A stretch of 64,000 nt of DNA from Diplonema japonicum. Its lineage: Eukaryota > Protista > Euglenozoa: Diplonemea. The translations under genes were made by a program, and so were the position numbers. The stretch lies in NCBI GenBank assembly GCA_964019335.1, contig OZ025669.1, positions 372,001 to 436,000 of the forward strand, written 5' to 3'. Shown piece after piece: positions 38,290 to 49,890 of the stretch (within the stretch, counting starts at the first letter, position 1; each line of letters starts with the position of its first letter). The notes under the pieces were generated by a model. It was given only the letters and a program-made list of their open reading frames with translations. It was not told the origin of the DNA and made no database searches.

Positions 38290-40317
38290 TCACTTCTTCC
38301 CGCCACGCTCTCTGATGTAGTTCATAGCGGCTTTTCTGTAGTCGGTGTTCATGTTGTTTGGGGACTTGGATTGCACCCGTTTAGATAACAACTCGAGACG
38401 CCCCAGCTCCGCCATTAAATGCTGGGCATCATGGCTGCCGAGGACCGAGGTTTGGACCGGGGGGGTGGGGGCTCTAAAAGGTGTTGACGTGGCTACGAGG
38501 TACAACACAGCTGCGACGGCGGCAGTGGGCGTTTTGAACGCAACGACCTCGCCGTGTAAAGGCTGCAGGATAGCAAGCCTTGCCGCTTGCTTCTCAACAA
38601 TCCCCGACAACGCGTTGATCTCCATTTGGATGGTTCTCCTCACTACCGCCCCAGCCTCCACCCGCTTCATAATATGCTGCAGTTTAGGTAAGACTTGGTT
38701 AAGATCGGTCTGGGTACTCATGTCCGACACCGAAGCTGATATCAAGTGCAGTTGCGGATGTTTCTTTTGCTTCCAGTCGAACGCGACCTGCCCAGTGTGC
38801 TCGTCGGGGAGCTCCACATAACTCTCTCTATTTTTCATTTCTTCAACATTTTTCTGAACACCCGCATCGGCCGTTCCCACGGGTTCAGTCTGCACTCCCA
38901 CTTCGTCATGCAAAACAGGTGGCGGCAGGATCGGAGGAAACTCCTCATGTTTTTCAACTGGCACATCGATGTCGGTTAATGTAGGGTGTCCTCTGGGGAG
39001 GTCTGCGTATCGAGCAAGGGATAGGTCCTGTTGCAGCCTGAACAGTGTGTCGTTTTTGCATGAAGCTGCTGCGGTTTCTGTAGCACGTAAGGTGAGGAGT
39101 TGTTTTTCCAAGACGTTGATACGGTCGGTGAGTAGCAGCTCGGTTTCTTTTGCGTTTTTGCGCAGAATGGCCATTCCATTGAGGAGGTCCTTTTCACGTT
39201 CACGGCTTCGTTGAAGCTCGAGGTGCGCGCGTTCCGCGTCTTGTTGCGACACGGCTACCATCTGCTGTGCGACGTCAACTGCCGTTCTGGACTCTTTCAA
39301 CCTGCTCTTTGCGATGTCAAGCGACTTACCTTCCGGCGTTTGCTGTTCTCTTAATATTTGGTTTTCAGCTCGAAGCCTCTCGAGATCTCTCGCCATCGAC
39401 GCGTTGGGGTCGTTCCGTTGCTGGATTTTCGTTACTGGTGACGGGGCTTCCTTAACAGGCTTTAATGGTGACGGCGGTAATTTTTTTGTTACTTCAGCCA
39501 CCGGTTCCGGTATTTTTTTCTCTTCTTTCGGAGGCGCTTGTTTTTGTTGCTGTTGTTGTAGCTTCGGCTGTAGTATGAGCTTGTGCTGTGGGTACCTGTC
39601 AACGAGCATCTGCATGAGGTCTTCTTCTTTCCCGTGGTAATGCTGAAGAATAGTTGGTATCTCTGTAATTTTTTCGGGTGCTGTGAGTTTGTAGAATTTC
39701 TGGAGCCTGTTCTGATGTTCTTCGCTGATGGATACAAGGTCTTCTTCCTCTTCTTCTTCCTCTTCCCCTTCTTCTTCACCGAGTTTTTCAGCGACCCCGT
39801 ACCGGTGGTTCAGGTTCTTCCACAGTTCTATTTCTCTGCCTTTCCATTCTTTTGCGATTTGTGGGACATTGTTTATTTTTTCCGTGGCGTGGTTTGCGTA
39901 AAAGAGAAACAGCTCTGCTTCTAAAGGATATCCCTCGGGGTTGTAGTTTTTGTAGAGGTCTTTAAATAAGGTGTCTTGTTTGTCCATGTATTGAGCCACG
40001 ATGTTCGTGGCTTTTGATGCTTTGTCTGGGTTGTACCTCTGGTAGAAGGCTTCGATGGCAGTAGTGAGCGGCATTTTTGCAATGTCTACAGGGCGGTCGT
40101 TGGGATCCACACCAGGGAGCTTCCACGCTGAGGCGCGTGTTGCCGCGTTGACGAAGTACACTTTTCCGTCGTCTGACTTGTTCACCCTCCACCTGTGCGT
40201 TGTTGTGCCTTGCTCCGTACCGTACAACACATAGTAAAAACTCCCTTTGTCGTTGAAGAGGTTATACACGGTCCCGTCCGCCGCAACCTCTGGATTCGCA
40301 AGTGATTTATCGGTCAT
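38290..40317 (-). CDS. WW-domain protein with three helical repeats and a coiled coil
   Basis: Start MTDKSLA 40317. WRVNKSDDGKVYFVNAATRASAWKLP (WW), three FYxxxxxxK..I...Y/W.gke..L...L...Y repeats, and a heptad-rich region. Confidence 0.75.
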   Translation of the reverse strand: MTDKSLANPEVAADGTVYNLFNDKGSFYYVLYGTEQGTTTHRWRVNKSDDGKVYFVNAATRASAWKLPGVDPNDRPVDIAKMPLTTAIEAFYQRYNPDKASKATNIVAQYMDKQDTLFKDLYKNYNPEGYPLEAELFLFYANHATEKINNVPQIAKEWKGREIELWKNLNHRYGVAEKLGEEEGEEEEEEEEDLVSISEEHQNRLQKFYKLTAPEKITEIPTILQHYHGKEEDLMQMLVDRYPQHKLILQPKLQQQQQKQAPPKEEKKIPEPVAEVTKKLPPSPLKPVKEAPSPVTKIQQRNDPNASMARDLERLRAENQILREQQTPEGKSLDIAKSRLKESRTAVDVAQQMVAVSQQDAERAHLELQRSREREKDLLNGMAILRKNAKETELLLTDRINVLEKQLLTLRATETAAASCKNDTLFRLQQDLSLARYADLPRGHPTLTDIDVPVEKHEEFPPILPPPVLHDEVGVQTEPVGTADAGVQKNVEEMKNRESYVELPDEHTGQVAFDWKQKKHPQLHLISASVSDMSTQTDLNQVLPKLQHIMKRVEAGAVVRRTIQMEINALSGIVEKQAARLAILQPLHGEVVAFKTPTAAVAAVLYLVATSTPFRAPTPPVQTSVLGSHDAQHLMAELGRLELLSKRVQSKSPNNMNTDYRKAAMNYIRERGGKK

Positions 40318-40925
40318 TTCTTTTGTTTCTTGTGCATTTTTATTATTTTTTTTTTTTGGCCTTTTTTTTTTTTTTTTTGTTTTGAAATTGAAATTGAAAT
40401 TGGGAGAAATAAAAAAAAAGGGGGGATGAACGGGTATTGAGGTAACAAAAAACAAGAAAAAAAAATGTATACATTGGATATCTGGAATACGGTGATGAGG
40501 CGTTGGTTAGAAGCATCAAAAAAAAAGGGGGGGGAGAGAAAAAAAATCGCTGTGATAAGGGAGAGGGAAGTACCTATTTCGCAGCAAAAAACTGGAAACC
40601 CAGAGGGGTTCGTTGCAAAGGGGGTGAGGAGGGATGTTTTTTCTTCTTCTTTTTTTTTTTTTTTTTTTTTTTTTCTTCTCTCGCCCTGGTTCTGGTTTCA
40701 ACAGCAGCTTTTTCTAGCTTTTCTTCCTAACCAAATGTTACACCTACACAACAAACATTTCACACACACCCCATTTTTTTTTTTCTTTCTTTTTTCTCTT
40801 CTCGAATGCATTTTGTTGCCAAAAGAGTTTTTTTTTTTTTATAAGTGAAAAAAAAAATATGTTAGACTATTGATAAGTATATCATAGTTGAGGGGAAACA
40901 AAAAACAAAAAAAAAAAAAAAAAAA

Positions 40926-43900
40926 TCATGCTTCCTCATCATCCTTTTTGTCCCGCTTCTTCTTCTTTTTCTTACCCTTTCCTTTCTTCTTTTTCTTCTT
41001 CTTCTTGCTCTCCACCTCACCAGCGCTGTCGTAAGAATCGGACGAAAAATACCCTCCGGGCCCCATTTTATCATCAGATTTTATATGCGTCCGTGTAGCG
41101 ATGCAATCAACCTCATCACTCCACGAGTCGGTAACCGCTAGGGAAGTAAGAAACTCGGATAGTGTGATGAAACCATCAGAGTTGAGATCGAGAAGTGACC
41201 AAAGTGTCCCCCATTGTGGATACTTGTCAAGCATGTACTTCTTGAGACCCTTTTTGAACTGTGTTTTTGAGATTTTACCGGACCCTTCTGACAAGGTGAG
41301 AAATAGTCTTTTCAAGCTTATTTTAGTAATGCTCAGTTTGTGAATGACTTCCATGATAAGCTTGGACCGGTTGCGAAGCTCCTCAAGGTCTCGCAGCTTT
41401 TTTTGAATGTGTTTCAACCGAACTTTTCTGTTCTTCTCTCCGTTCGTGAGTAGCAATGCCGTTCGCTTCCATGTAGCGCGTCTGCCTGAAAAATAATTCA
41501 ACCCGAGCTTGACGAACGCATCGGTTGATATCCCCTTTTCACCGTTCTCCATCTCTCTAAACTCAGCTTGGAAGTTCGCGTATTGTTCCGGATCCTGCGC
41601 CTTCCCCTCCCACAAAAGGATGAGATGGTTGTCGTCTGGAGTGTCTTTAATAACCTCATGTTTGAACTGAAAGGTTTTTTTGAACTCGGACAATGAGATG
41701 AACCCATCACGGTTGGAATCGACTACCTGCAAAATGTAGTAGATCGACTCGGGGTCGAGTACCGTAAGATGTTCACGCCTTGTAAGAAACATAAAAAATT
41801 CGTGATACGACAGCTTCTGTGTACCGTCTGTGTCAAGCGTTGCAAAGGCCGCTTCAATATCGTCTATACAGTCACCTATACGAAGTATGACGTAAGGGAT
41901 TATCGCATCGCACCACTGTGCTATCCATCGTGCTGCGATGATCGACTGGTACCTTTGCAGGAATGGTACGTAAGCGATCATTCCATCTGTTTCTTGAACA
42001 GCTACGTGTCGGCATAAGAAGGTCCAAGGGAGGCATGGGATGTGGTGTCTCATGACGGTGACCCATTGCGTTTTCGTGATTTTTCCTTCTTCGCGTTGAT
42101 CTATCTCTTGGAAGCTTCGTAGGAGATCGACTTGTCTTGTGAAGATCAACCCGCGAACCCGCTTCATAACCTCTTCCTTCGGTGTTAGGATTGGTTCGCA
42201 TTCCTCTGAGATGGTTGAAGAGAACATTTCTTTGTTCTCGCCGTCCCATGAAGGGGTTTGGATTGAAGGCGGTGCATTATTCCCTTCCCATTCAAGGATC
42301 ATAACCGCTCCTTTGTTCGTTTGCTTCCCACAGTACTTGCTGGCGGAGAACACCGTTCGGACCAGACCGTTGTGGTGTTCTTTAACACCTGAATTAACTG
42401 TTTGGTGCGATCGGACTAACATGCGAAGTTTGTTTGCTGATAAGAAACTTTCTGTTATGATTTTCGAAAAGTAGACGCCAGCGCCGCGTTTTGATTTTTC
42501 CCACACGTTGTGGATGTCGTCTCGTGGGTCCGACCAGAGCAGGCCTTGCATTATCTTCCCGTCTTTTGACAGTTTCGACCCCCGGGGTACTTTTTTAATG
42601 CGGTTTTGCCTGTTTATCTCCGACAGTTTTAGATCAGTGTATTCCGGGAGCCCGCCGTGGACAATCGCGACCTCCCTCGCGGTGTGCATCAACGGCAATG
42701 TTTTGAACAGTTTTTGAATGTTTTGAAATGTGTCCAAATTGTACTTATCGACCGAGCATTCTTGATCGAACCCGTATTTCATGTTTACACGCTCGTCTTC
42801 ATGGTTCCCTCTATTAACATGGACAGCGTCAGGGTGAAGCAAAACAAGGATCATTATGATAAGCAATGCTTCGACACTATGCTCGCCCCGATCGACGATG
42901 TCACCGTTAAAAATAACCTGGTTGGTAGGAGACGGTGTTCCAAGGTCGTTGAGGATGATGAGGAGGTCTTCGATCTGCCCGTGAAGATCGCCCACAATGG
43001 TTAACACCCCACCGTTGGATGGGATCGGAATTAAATGGACGTTTTTCTTCCGTCTGAAATGTCGTCGAGTGTAGGTTATGATAGATTGAACCTCATGTAC
43101 ATCAGAAGGCCGTTCCCCTTTGAACAGTTTTTTCAAATGGTACACCAATCTTGTGTTGTTTAACCGTGGGATTTCATCTTCGTCTTCTGAAGATTCAGAT
43201 TCCGAAGAATTCGCTTCGTTTCCTTCGTCGATTTCCAGCGTTGCAGTGGTGTTAAGGTCGTGTTCTTCTTGAATTTCAAGGTCGCGCAGAATGAGCGAGA
43301 AGAACAGCTCGTCTATTTGTTTTCGTTCCCTGTAGCCTCGCCAGACTCTTTTGATCTTCCACCATGCGAGGTCCCGCGTTCCGATTTTTTCAGACCGTTC
43401 TTCTAGCGTGAGGATTATGTCGCCTTCTTGGAAGGATGCATCTCGGAATAAGTTTGGATCCACGCTGACTGAAATCCCGTTCACATCCACAACCCTCCAG
43501 CCTTCGTATTTTTTCAAACCGTGCTGTTCTGCAACGCCTTCCGCCTTGAGGATGGTGAGGTCGTTGGTGAGGATCAAACCAATGTCGCCTTTGCCTTTTG
43601 AGATTTGAATCTTCAGTAAGGCCGGTGCTTCCCCGCCAAGACCAGTGTTTTTTACGAGAAGAATTGCAGGTTTATTTTGGTTTTGGATTTTTATGGTTTC
43701 AAAGTGTTTTTTGTCGATAATCCTAACGCCGTCGATGGCGATGACTTCCCAGCCGATGCACCATGGGTCGCCGTCAATTCGCGTGATTCGGTTTTCTTCG
43801 TCAGTGTCCAGGTCAAAACGGGGGAAGGCGACCTTTCGAAAACCTGTGTCTTCCTCACCTTGCGTGGTGTCACCCATCTGAACACCGCCTTCTTGCTCGT

Positions 43901-43937
43901 CTGCTGCGGTAACACGAGACGATTGACAACATCCCAT
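40926..43937 (-). CDS. PPEF/PPP7 (rdgC-like) Ser/Thr phosphatase with IQ motif and EF hands
   Basis: Start MGCCQSS 43937 (acylation motif). IQ-like IKRVWRGYRERK; GDLHGQ, GDIVDRG, RGNHE, HGG, WSDP, FSASKY; EF hands DTDGTQKLSYHEF, DSNRDGFISLSEF, DLNSDGFITLSEF. Confidence 0.9.
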   Translation of the reverse strand: MGCCQSSRVTAADEQEGGVQMGDTTQGEEDTGFRKVAFPRFDLDTDEENRITRIDGDPWCIGWEVIAIDGVRIIDKKHFETIKIQNQNKPAILLVKNTGLGGEAPALLKIQISKGKGDIGLILTNDLTILKAEGVAEQHGLKKYEGWRVVDVNGISVSVDPNLFRDASFQEGDIILTLEERSEKIGTRDLAWWKIKRVWRGYRERKQIDELFFSLILRDLEIQEEHDLNTTATLEIDEGNEANSSESESSEDEDEIPRLNNTRLVYHLKKLFKGERPSDVHEVQSIITYTRRHFRRKKNVHLIPIPSNGGVLTIVGDLHGQIEDLLIILNDLGTPSPTNQVIFNGDIVDRGEHSVEALLIIMILVLLHPDAVHVNRGNHEDERVNMKYGFDQECSVDKYNLDTFQNIQKLFKTLPLMHTAREVAIVHGGLPEYTDLKLSEINRQNRIKKVPRGSKLSKDGKIMQGLLWSDPRDDIHNVWEKSKRGAGVYFSKIITESFLSANKLRMLVRSHQTVNSGVKEHHNGLVRTVFSASKYCGKQTNKGAVMILEWEGNNAPPSIQTPSWDGENKEMFSSTISEECEPILTPKEEVMKRVRGLIFTRQVDLLRSFQEIDQREEGKITKTQWVTVMRHHIPCLPWTFLCRHVAVQETDGMIAYVPFLQRYQSIIAARWIAQWCDAIIPYVILRIGDCIDDIEAAFATLDTDGTQKLSYHEFFMFLTRREHLTVLDPESIYYILQVVDSNRDGFISLSEFKKTFQFKHEVIKDTPDDNHLILLWEGKAQDPEQYANFQAEFREMENGEKGISTDAFVKLGLNYFSGRRATWKRTALLLTNGEKNRKVRLKHIQKKLRDLEELRNRSKLIMEVIHKLSITKISLKRLFLTLSEGSGKISKTQFKKGLKKYMLDKYPQWGTLWSLLDLNSDGFITLSEFLTSLAVTDSWSDEVDCIATRTHIKSDDKMGPGGYFSSDSYDSAGEVESKKKKKKKKGKGKKKKKKRDKKDDEEA

Positions 43938-44435
43938 TTTTCTTTGTTGGGGATGGAGGTGCCTTTCTTTTTGTTTTGTTGATTTTTGGTCTAAAATTCC
44001 AATGAAAGCGTGTTTGGGAGGAGTGTGAAGGGGGGGGGGAATAAAAAACAAGGGTATCTATTAGGGGGGGGGGGGAAAAGTGAACCTCGTAGTTTTTCTC
44101 TTTTTTTTTGTCGTCCTTTTTTAAAAAAAAACAAAAATCAAGGGGAGAGGCCATTTTCGAACGCGGGAGAAAAAAAAAATCAAACAAATGGGCCCATCTT
44201 CCCCCTTTTTTCTTTTTAATTTTTTCATTTTCTTTTTCCCGCATCAAATCTGTCGTCAGGTTCTGCAAATAAATATCAAGTATAAAAAAGTGGAGGGGGG
44301 GGGTAATATCTATAATAAAAGAGAAAAAAAAAATCAATCTACTACACAATTCTTCTTCAGGTCAACAAAAAATTCAGATAAACAAAAAAAGTCTTTCTAC
44401 GCTAACGTATAGGATCCCTACTCCGCCCCTGTTGC

Positions 44436-46010
44436 TCAACGAAGCTCTCGCCTGAGTGTGAAGCCGGATCCGCTTATCCCGCTGGACGTGTCCAGCGAAA
44501 ATGTTTTTCTTACGACAGTAGGACGGTGAGAGGACGCGGTGTGATCAGGTGTGTGTGTGTTACTTTGCCGCATGATGCCCGAAAAAGAGAGAGGGGCCCT
44601 GGGACACGGCCCCCCTCCTCCTCCACCACCACCACCACCACTACCATCACCTCCACCTATATCCCGGCCACCTCCAACTGAGGAAGGGACACACGAAGGT
44701 AGCCGGTCAGTGTCGGGTTTAGGTGGGTTGTAAAGGTCTTCAAAGGATGGATGCGATGCTGGATAAGGTATGTCCCCATCAAGGGGAGACTGGTTCTCCG
44801 TGTCGCGGTGGTTAATGTTCGTTGTCGGTACGCCCTGAAGGATATCCTTCACCTTCTTGTCGATGGTAGCCCTCGTGATCCTCTCAAACGAGACATCAAT
44901 CTTGTTGTTCAACACTTTCGTGATACGCTTCTCGATGTTCTTCGCCCACTTCTGAAGAGACGGCTTCACCCAATTGATGATCAACGCGTGCATTTCGTGA
45001 GATGGGAAAGGACACCCTTCACCTCCAGACGGCACCATCATCGAGCTCCTCGCAGCTGCCGCCTTCTCCGCCTCATCCCTCACCTCAATAATCGCCAGAA
45101 TCTTTTGTATCTGATTCTCACATCTTGCTAACCGATCGTCATATGATCGAAACACGGTTAACCAAGCAGGGTCCCTGTCTAGATATTGAGGTTCTTTAGG
45201 AAGCGAAGCACGAGCAGCCGATGGGTGAGATATGGTATCATACCCCGTGTATGGGCTTGACCTTGCAGTGTCGCCGGACGGTGAACCTGAAGTAGGCCGC
45301 ATGGGGCTAGGCGGTCTGACTTTATGTAATTTTCTAATCTCACCCCCAAGCCCATCCAACGCAATGGCAAGCGAGCTCTTGCTTCCTGTCGATGAGATCC
45401 TATGCCGCCTTGTTGGAGGTGGGACTGTGTTTTCCGGAGGTGACGGGGATCGACCACCTGTCTCGTAGCACCCCAGCTCCTCTGCAAGGGACGTTAATGA
45501 AACCCCCGCCTGCCGTATGCTCGGTTCTTCTTCGAAGAGATACAGCCTTGTCAGATGGATGGTCTGCTCTTCAGGTGAAAATGGCTCTGAAAAGATAATT
45601 TTTATGAATTGGTGATTTGTTGGGATGCCGTCGGGAGACTTCCAGACTTGTACACCTTGTCCTGGAAGGGTCTGGCATTTTACCACCCTCTGTAGGGTGT
45701 CTATGGTTTCTCCAGAGTAGAATTCTGCCGTTTTGGGGTTACCTGTGTCGCTTCTTCTCATTTCCCATCCCATGTAGTTGATCGTGGGGTGGGATGGGAT
45801 TCTGAGAGTTAGTTCGTGTGGGTAGCCGCCGTCGCCCTGCCAGCAGTTGTCGCCTTCCTTCAGCATGGCCTCCGCCTCTTCCCTATCGTTGTTCGCACTG
45901 GACACGATCCTGCACCCTGTGTCCCAGCTTGCCCAGTTCGGGTTCACGTCCGAGCTCATGATGCCGCATGGCGTGATCGGCCTGCAGAACGGGCTTGAAC
46001 TGCGGTGCAT
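44436..46010 (-). CDS. Hypothetical protein with N-terminal galactose-binding-like (IFT25/F5-8C-like) domain
   Basis: NWASWDTGCRIVSS..CWQGDGGYPHELTL..NPKTAEFYSG..QFIKIIF resembles jelly-roll domains. The rest is S/P-rich with a short coiled coil. Confidence 0.6.
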   Translation of the reverse strand: MHRSSSPFCRPITPCGIMSSDVNPNWASWDTGCRIVSSANNDREEAEAMLKEGDNCWQGDGGYPHELTLRIPSHPTINYMGWEMRRSDTGNPKTAEFYSGETIDTLQRVVKCQTLPGQGVQVWKSPDGIPTNHQFIKIIFSEPFSPEEQTIHLTRLYLFEEEPSIRQAGVSLTSLAEELGCYETGGRSPSPPENTVPPPTRRHRISSTGSKSSLAIALDGLGGEIRKLHKVRPPSPMRPTSGSPSGDTARSSPYTGYDTISHPSAARASLPKEPQYLDRDPAWLTVFRSYDDRLARCENQIQKILAIIEVRDEAEKAAAARSSMMVPSGGEGCPFPSHEMHALIINWVKPSLQKWAKNIEKRITKVLNNKIDVSFERITRATIDKKVKDILQGVPTTNINHRDTENQSPLDGDIPYPASHPSFEDLYNPPKPDTDRLPSCVPSSVGGGRDIGGGDGSGGGGGGGGGGPCPRAPLSFSGIMRQSNTHTPDHTASSHRPTVVRKTFSLDTSSGISGSGFTLRRELR

Positions 46011-46276
46011 TTTCTTTTTTTCCTTTCTTCTTTTTTTCTCCCCCTTCCCCTTCTTCCACACCCCCTTTTCCCTTTTTTTTTTTTTTTTTTTTTTCTGCTG
46101 TCCGAAAAAAAAATGGGGGGGAAAAAAAAACAACAACAAAAAAAAGAACAAAACAGGGAGACATAAAAAAAAAAAAAAGAAAAAAAGGGGGTAAATAATA
46201 CAAACAGTGGGGAGGGGGGGAGGACAAAAAAAAAAAAAAAAAACAACAATTCATTAATATTTGACGAACGTAACGT

Positions 46277-46645
46277 CTACAGACCAGGGGACACGGCGTA
46301 GCCGACCGGTCGGTGGGTGCTCGAAGGAGGACTGTTGAGGAAGGGACCCTTCGGGGAGTAGGCGTCGGCAGCCGCAGCCGCAACGCGGGAGCGCTGGATG
46401 GCTATTTGTTCGTCAAGAGTCCTGTTACCTGCGTGTTGTTCGGTGAGGCCAGTAGCTCGGTTGGCTTGGATGGCGCTGTACCGGGCAAGCTCCTGCACCC
46501 TCGCTCTATCTTCAGCAGACCGCACGTCGTGCTGTGCGTCCAAGGCCAGAGACGCAGGATCTCTCACGTAAGGTGTGTGGTACCCAGTGGAGTCAAGAAG
46601 GGGCTGCGGCTGCACAGGGATTGACGGAACATAGTAAGATCCCAT
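46277..46645 (-). CDS. Hypothetical protein (122 aa)
   Basis: ATG after A18; MGSYYVPSIPVQPQP..; coding-like island. Confidence 0.6.
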   Translation of the reverse strand: MGSYYVPSIPVQPQPLLDSTGYHTPYVRDPASLALDAQHDVRSAEDRARVQELARYSAIQANRATGLTEQHAGNRTLDEQIAIQRSRVAAAAADAYSPKGPFLNSPPSSTHRPVGYAVSPGL

Positions 46646-46753
46646 TTTTTTTTTTTTTTTTTTGAGCGGAAAAACCTTTTTTTTTTTTCTTTTTTTTTTT
46701 GTGAATGAAATTTGGGGCAACAAAAGAAAATAAAAAAAAAATAAGAACGTGTA

Positions 46754-46784
<31 letters not shown>

Positions 46785-46799
46785 CTTCTTTTTTTTTTT

Positions 46800-46988
46800 T
46801 TAACTCCACCCCACCGCATCTATCTTGAACGGATTCACCTCCCACGCTTTCAGCCCGTTTCTTTCCAGTTCTTTTATGTTTCTTCTCGCTGCGCTCACCT
46901 TGCCTGCTGCCCCGGTGCCTGGTCTTCCTTCCATCCCGGTGGCTACTAATTTCCCGTTTACGCTTTTAACTTTTACTACAGAGCCCAT
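46800..46988 (-). CDS. Hypothetical small protein (62 aa)
   Basis: MGSVVKVKSVNGKLVATG..; coding-like island between homopolymer tracts. Confidence 0.45.
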   Translation of the reverse strand: MGSVVKVKSVNGKLVATGMEGRPGTGAAGKVSAARRNIKELERNGLKAWEVNPFKIDAVGWS

Positions 46989-47205
46989 CTTTATTCCGGT
47001 ATTCCCCCAGTGTATTAAAAACCTGTTGCCAAAAAAAAAAAAAAAAAAAAAAAAATTCTTGGAGAAACAAACCAAAAAGTTTTATAAAAAAAAAAAGAGA
47101 GAAAAAAAAATTTTTTTTTAAAAAAACCATAAACACCTCTGTCTCTAAAGTGTCTTTCCTTGCGAAGGTCGTTCAAGGGTGTTCTGGGGTTTCAATTTTT
47201 TTTGT

Positions 47206-47239
<34 letters not shown>

Positions 47240-47498
47240 GCGAATCTCTTTTATAATTCGCTTCGGAAATACAATCCACTTGCATGCGCCTTTTAACAAC
47301 AAAGGTCTCAGATACTTTAGAGATATTAGGCATAAATAAAGGGGATGGTTTTTTTTTTTTTTTTTTTTGTTTTTTTCTTTTTTTTTTTGATTTCACCACC
47401 CCATTGTAACTTTAAAAATAGAAAAATAGCCGAAAAAGAATTTTTTGTGGATGGGGGTGAAAACTGGCATTATATATTTTTTTTTTTTTTCAAACACA

Positions 47499-47529
<31 letters not shown>

Positions 47530-47531
<2 letters not shown>

Positions 47532-47816
47532 AAAATGGAGGGGGAGACGGCGAAGGAGACACAGAAGTCGAAGGCGCGTTAAAGTCCTTCCTGTTGTCCA
47601 AATTCACCTGCACCTCCATAAACCTCGTCAGACTCTTCCCGGTATCGATTTCGTCCCCCTTCCTCACCGCCTTGGTGTACTCGAGAAAACCCTCCAAAGT
47701 GGACGGATCCGCCGCTTTCGGATCCCCTTCCCCCATCGCCTCCTTAAAAAGCAAGCACTCCTTGAGATACTGGTAAGGAATCACCGGTTTGTAAACTTTA
47801 CACAATTGAATGTACA

Positions 47817-47854
<38 letters not shown>

Positions 47855-49781
47855 TTTTTTCATCACACCTGCACTCTGAGACCTCTCGGAGGCGGAAGGA
47901 ACATATCGAATAAAAGCTGCCCCATATTGGGGGCTGTCTCGTAGGCTTGTCTAAACAGAAATACGTTTAATGGTGTCAATGCTGTTACGATAGACAGAGC
48001 ATGGTGAATGACAGGGTTCTCCTTAAGCTCAGGTGTGAGCTCGTTGATTTCCAATGCAAGATCTGTGAAGGACTTCGTCAAGCAGCAATACATCATCCGG
48101 TAAGCCGTGAACTCCACCACATGGCTGCTTTTCACTATCATATCGGGACGCTTGTGGAAAGCCCGCAGCTTGGCTTGGCAAGCGTTAAACTCACCCAGAT
48201 CTCCGTGTTGCAAACATATTCTAGCATGTTCTTCATACACTTCAGTCGTGAAACTGTTAAATATATGTTGGACTGTCAAATCCTGCCTTATCGACTTAAA
48301 CTGCTCGTAGCAATATATCCTGACGTCTGTCTTTTTTTTCCTTTCCTTCATGATGTAAGGCAGAGATTCGCGGAGTACGTGCAGCGGCCTTACTATCCGA
48401 GGGTCGTGTTCCAACCCTGCAGCTGAACGTGTGAAAGATTTCTCCAGATCGTTGCATATTCCCACAATTGGCTCGCACTGATCCTCTTCAAACACGTCGT
48501 TGGTGAAGACCGGCTGCATGCTTGGTTGATTTGTAGTGATAGGTGGTAAAAATAGATTTTTCGCTTTCGCTTTTTCCGTTTCCTTCCCGAACCTGAACAT
48601 TCTGTTTACTCTTGCGTCTAGCTGGTCGAGAGGTGCTTGGAATACCGGTTTCGCCGCCTTTTTCTTCACAACCTTGATCATTTTCACTTTTGTAATCTTC
48701 TTCTTTGCTACAGGTACAGGTGAGTAGTCGGAGCTGTAACTGCTGCTTGATGTGTCCCGTCTTCCTCTCTTCCGTCGGGTTCGTCTTCTTGATGATGACG
48801 AGCTGCTGGGTGATCTCCCTGGACGTCTTGGAGGCGGTTCCGTTGGTGGGGGTGGGGGGGGCTCTTCCTCCCGCCGTTTTTTCCTGTCGTCGAACCTTAT
48901 CAAGTCGTTCACCTCGTGGGGGATGGGTTTGGTGTTCCAGTCCACCAATGCCCACTCGGACCTCTTCGGCATGTGTCTCCTTACAATGCCCTGCAAGGTT
49001 TTCTTAACCTCCGCGTCGTGCCCGTTACCTATCTCCAGGCAGCGCGTCACCCACGCCTTCACCGCCTCTGTGATACGTTCTGTTTCCTCTTTGCTCAGCT
49101 TTGGCGGTGGTGACTTGACTTCCTTCGATACTGGTGCTTCCCGTCGCGGCCTTGCCTCTGCTGGCGGGGGTGGCACTTCGGACCCTATATTTATATTTTT
49201 TACATTATTTTTTACCACTCAGCAAAAAAAAAAAAAAAAAACAAACCTATTTTTCTAGCCTTTAATTCCAGAGAAGCGGGTGGCGGCGGGGGGCGAGCAG
49301 CGGGAAGCTGCTGCTGCTGAGATGCGGATTTCATCGGTACATATTGCACTTGCACGGACTTTGGGTTGGACTGAGGAGGCTGTTGCGGAGGAGGCGGCTG
49401 CTGGGGATGAGGGTAGGGGTAAGGATACTGCTGTTGTTGATGCTGGTGGTGATGGTGGTGGTGTTGTGGGTACTGATGATATTGGTGCTGGTATTGGTGC
49501 TGGAAGTGAGCGGGGGGCGGCGCACTATAACCCGGTGGTGGGGCACCGTAGTAAGGCTGGTACCCTCGAGTCTGTGCGTAGTACCGGTTCCATGCATCTG
49601 CATGCTGCTGAGATTGGTACTGCGGCTGAGCTGCGGGGGGTGGCTGTGCTGCTGCGGCCTCCGATGGCTTCGCAGCCACCGCCGTCACTGCACCGGGGTC
49701 ATATTCGTCACCCCCAGTCTTCCCACCCTGTTTGGTTATGCTCACTGGTCGTTCAGCCTCTTCAGGCTCCTCATCTCCCAT
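47530..49781 (-). CDS. SAC3/GANP family protein, THP3/LENG8-like (3 exons)
   Basis: IVGICNDLEKSF..VRPLHVLRESL..EQFKSIRQDLTVQHI..VYEEHARICLQHGDLGEFNACQ, EFTAYR. Introns 49185-49246 and 47818-47868. Confidence 0.9.
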
Positions 49782-49890
49782 GTGATTTCCTTTTTCTCGC
49801 CTGTGGTGGTTGGTTGTCGTTTTCCCTTTTCTTTTTCTCCCGCTATTTTTTTTTTTTTTTTTTTTTTTTTCTTAGGGGAAAAAAAATAAA

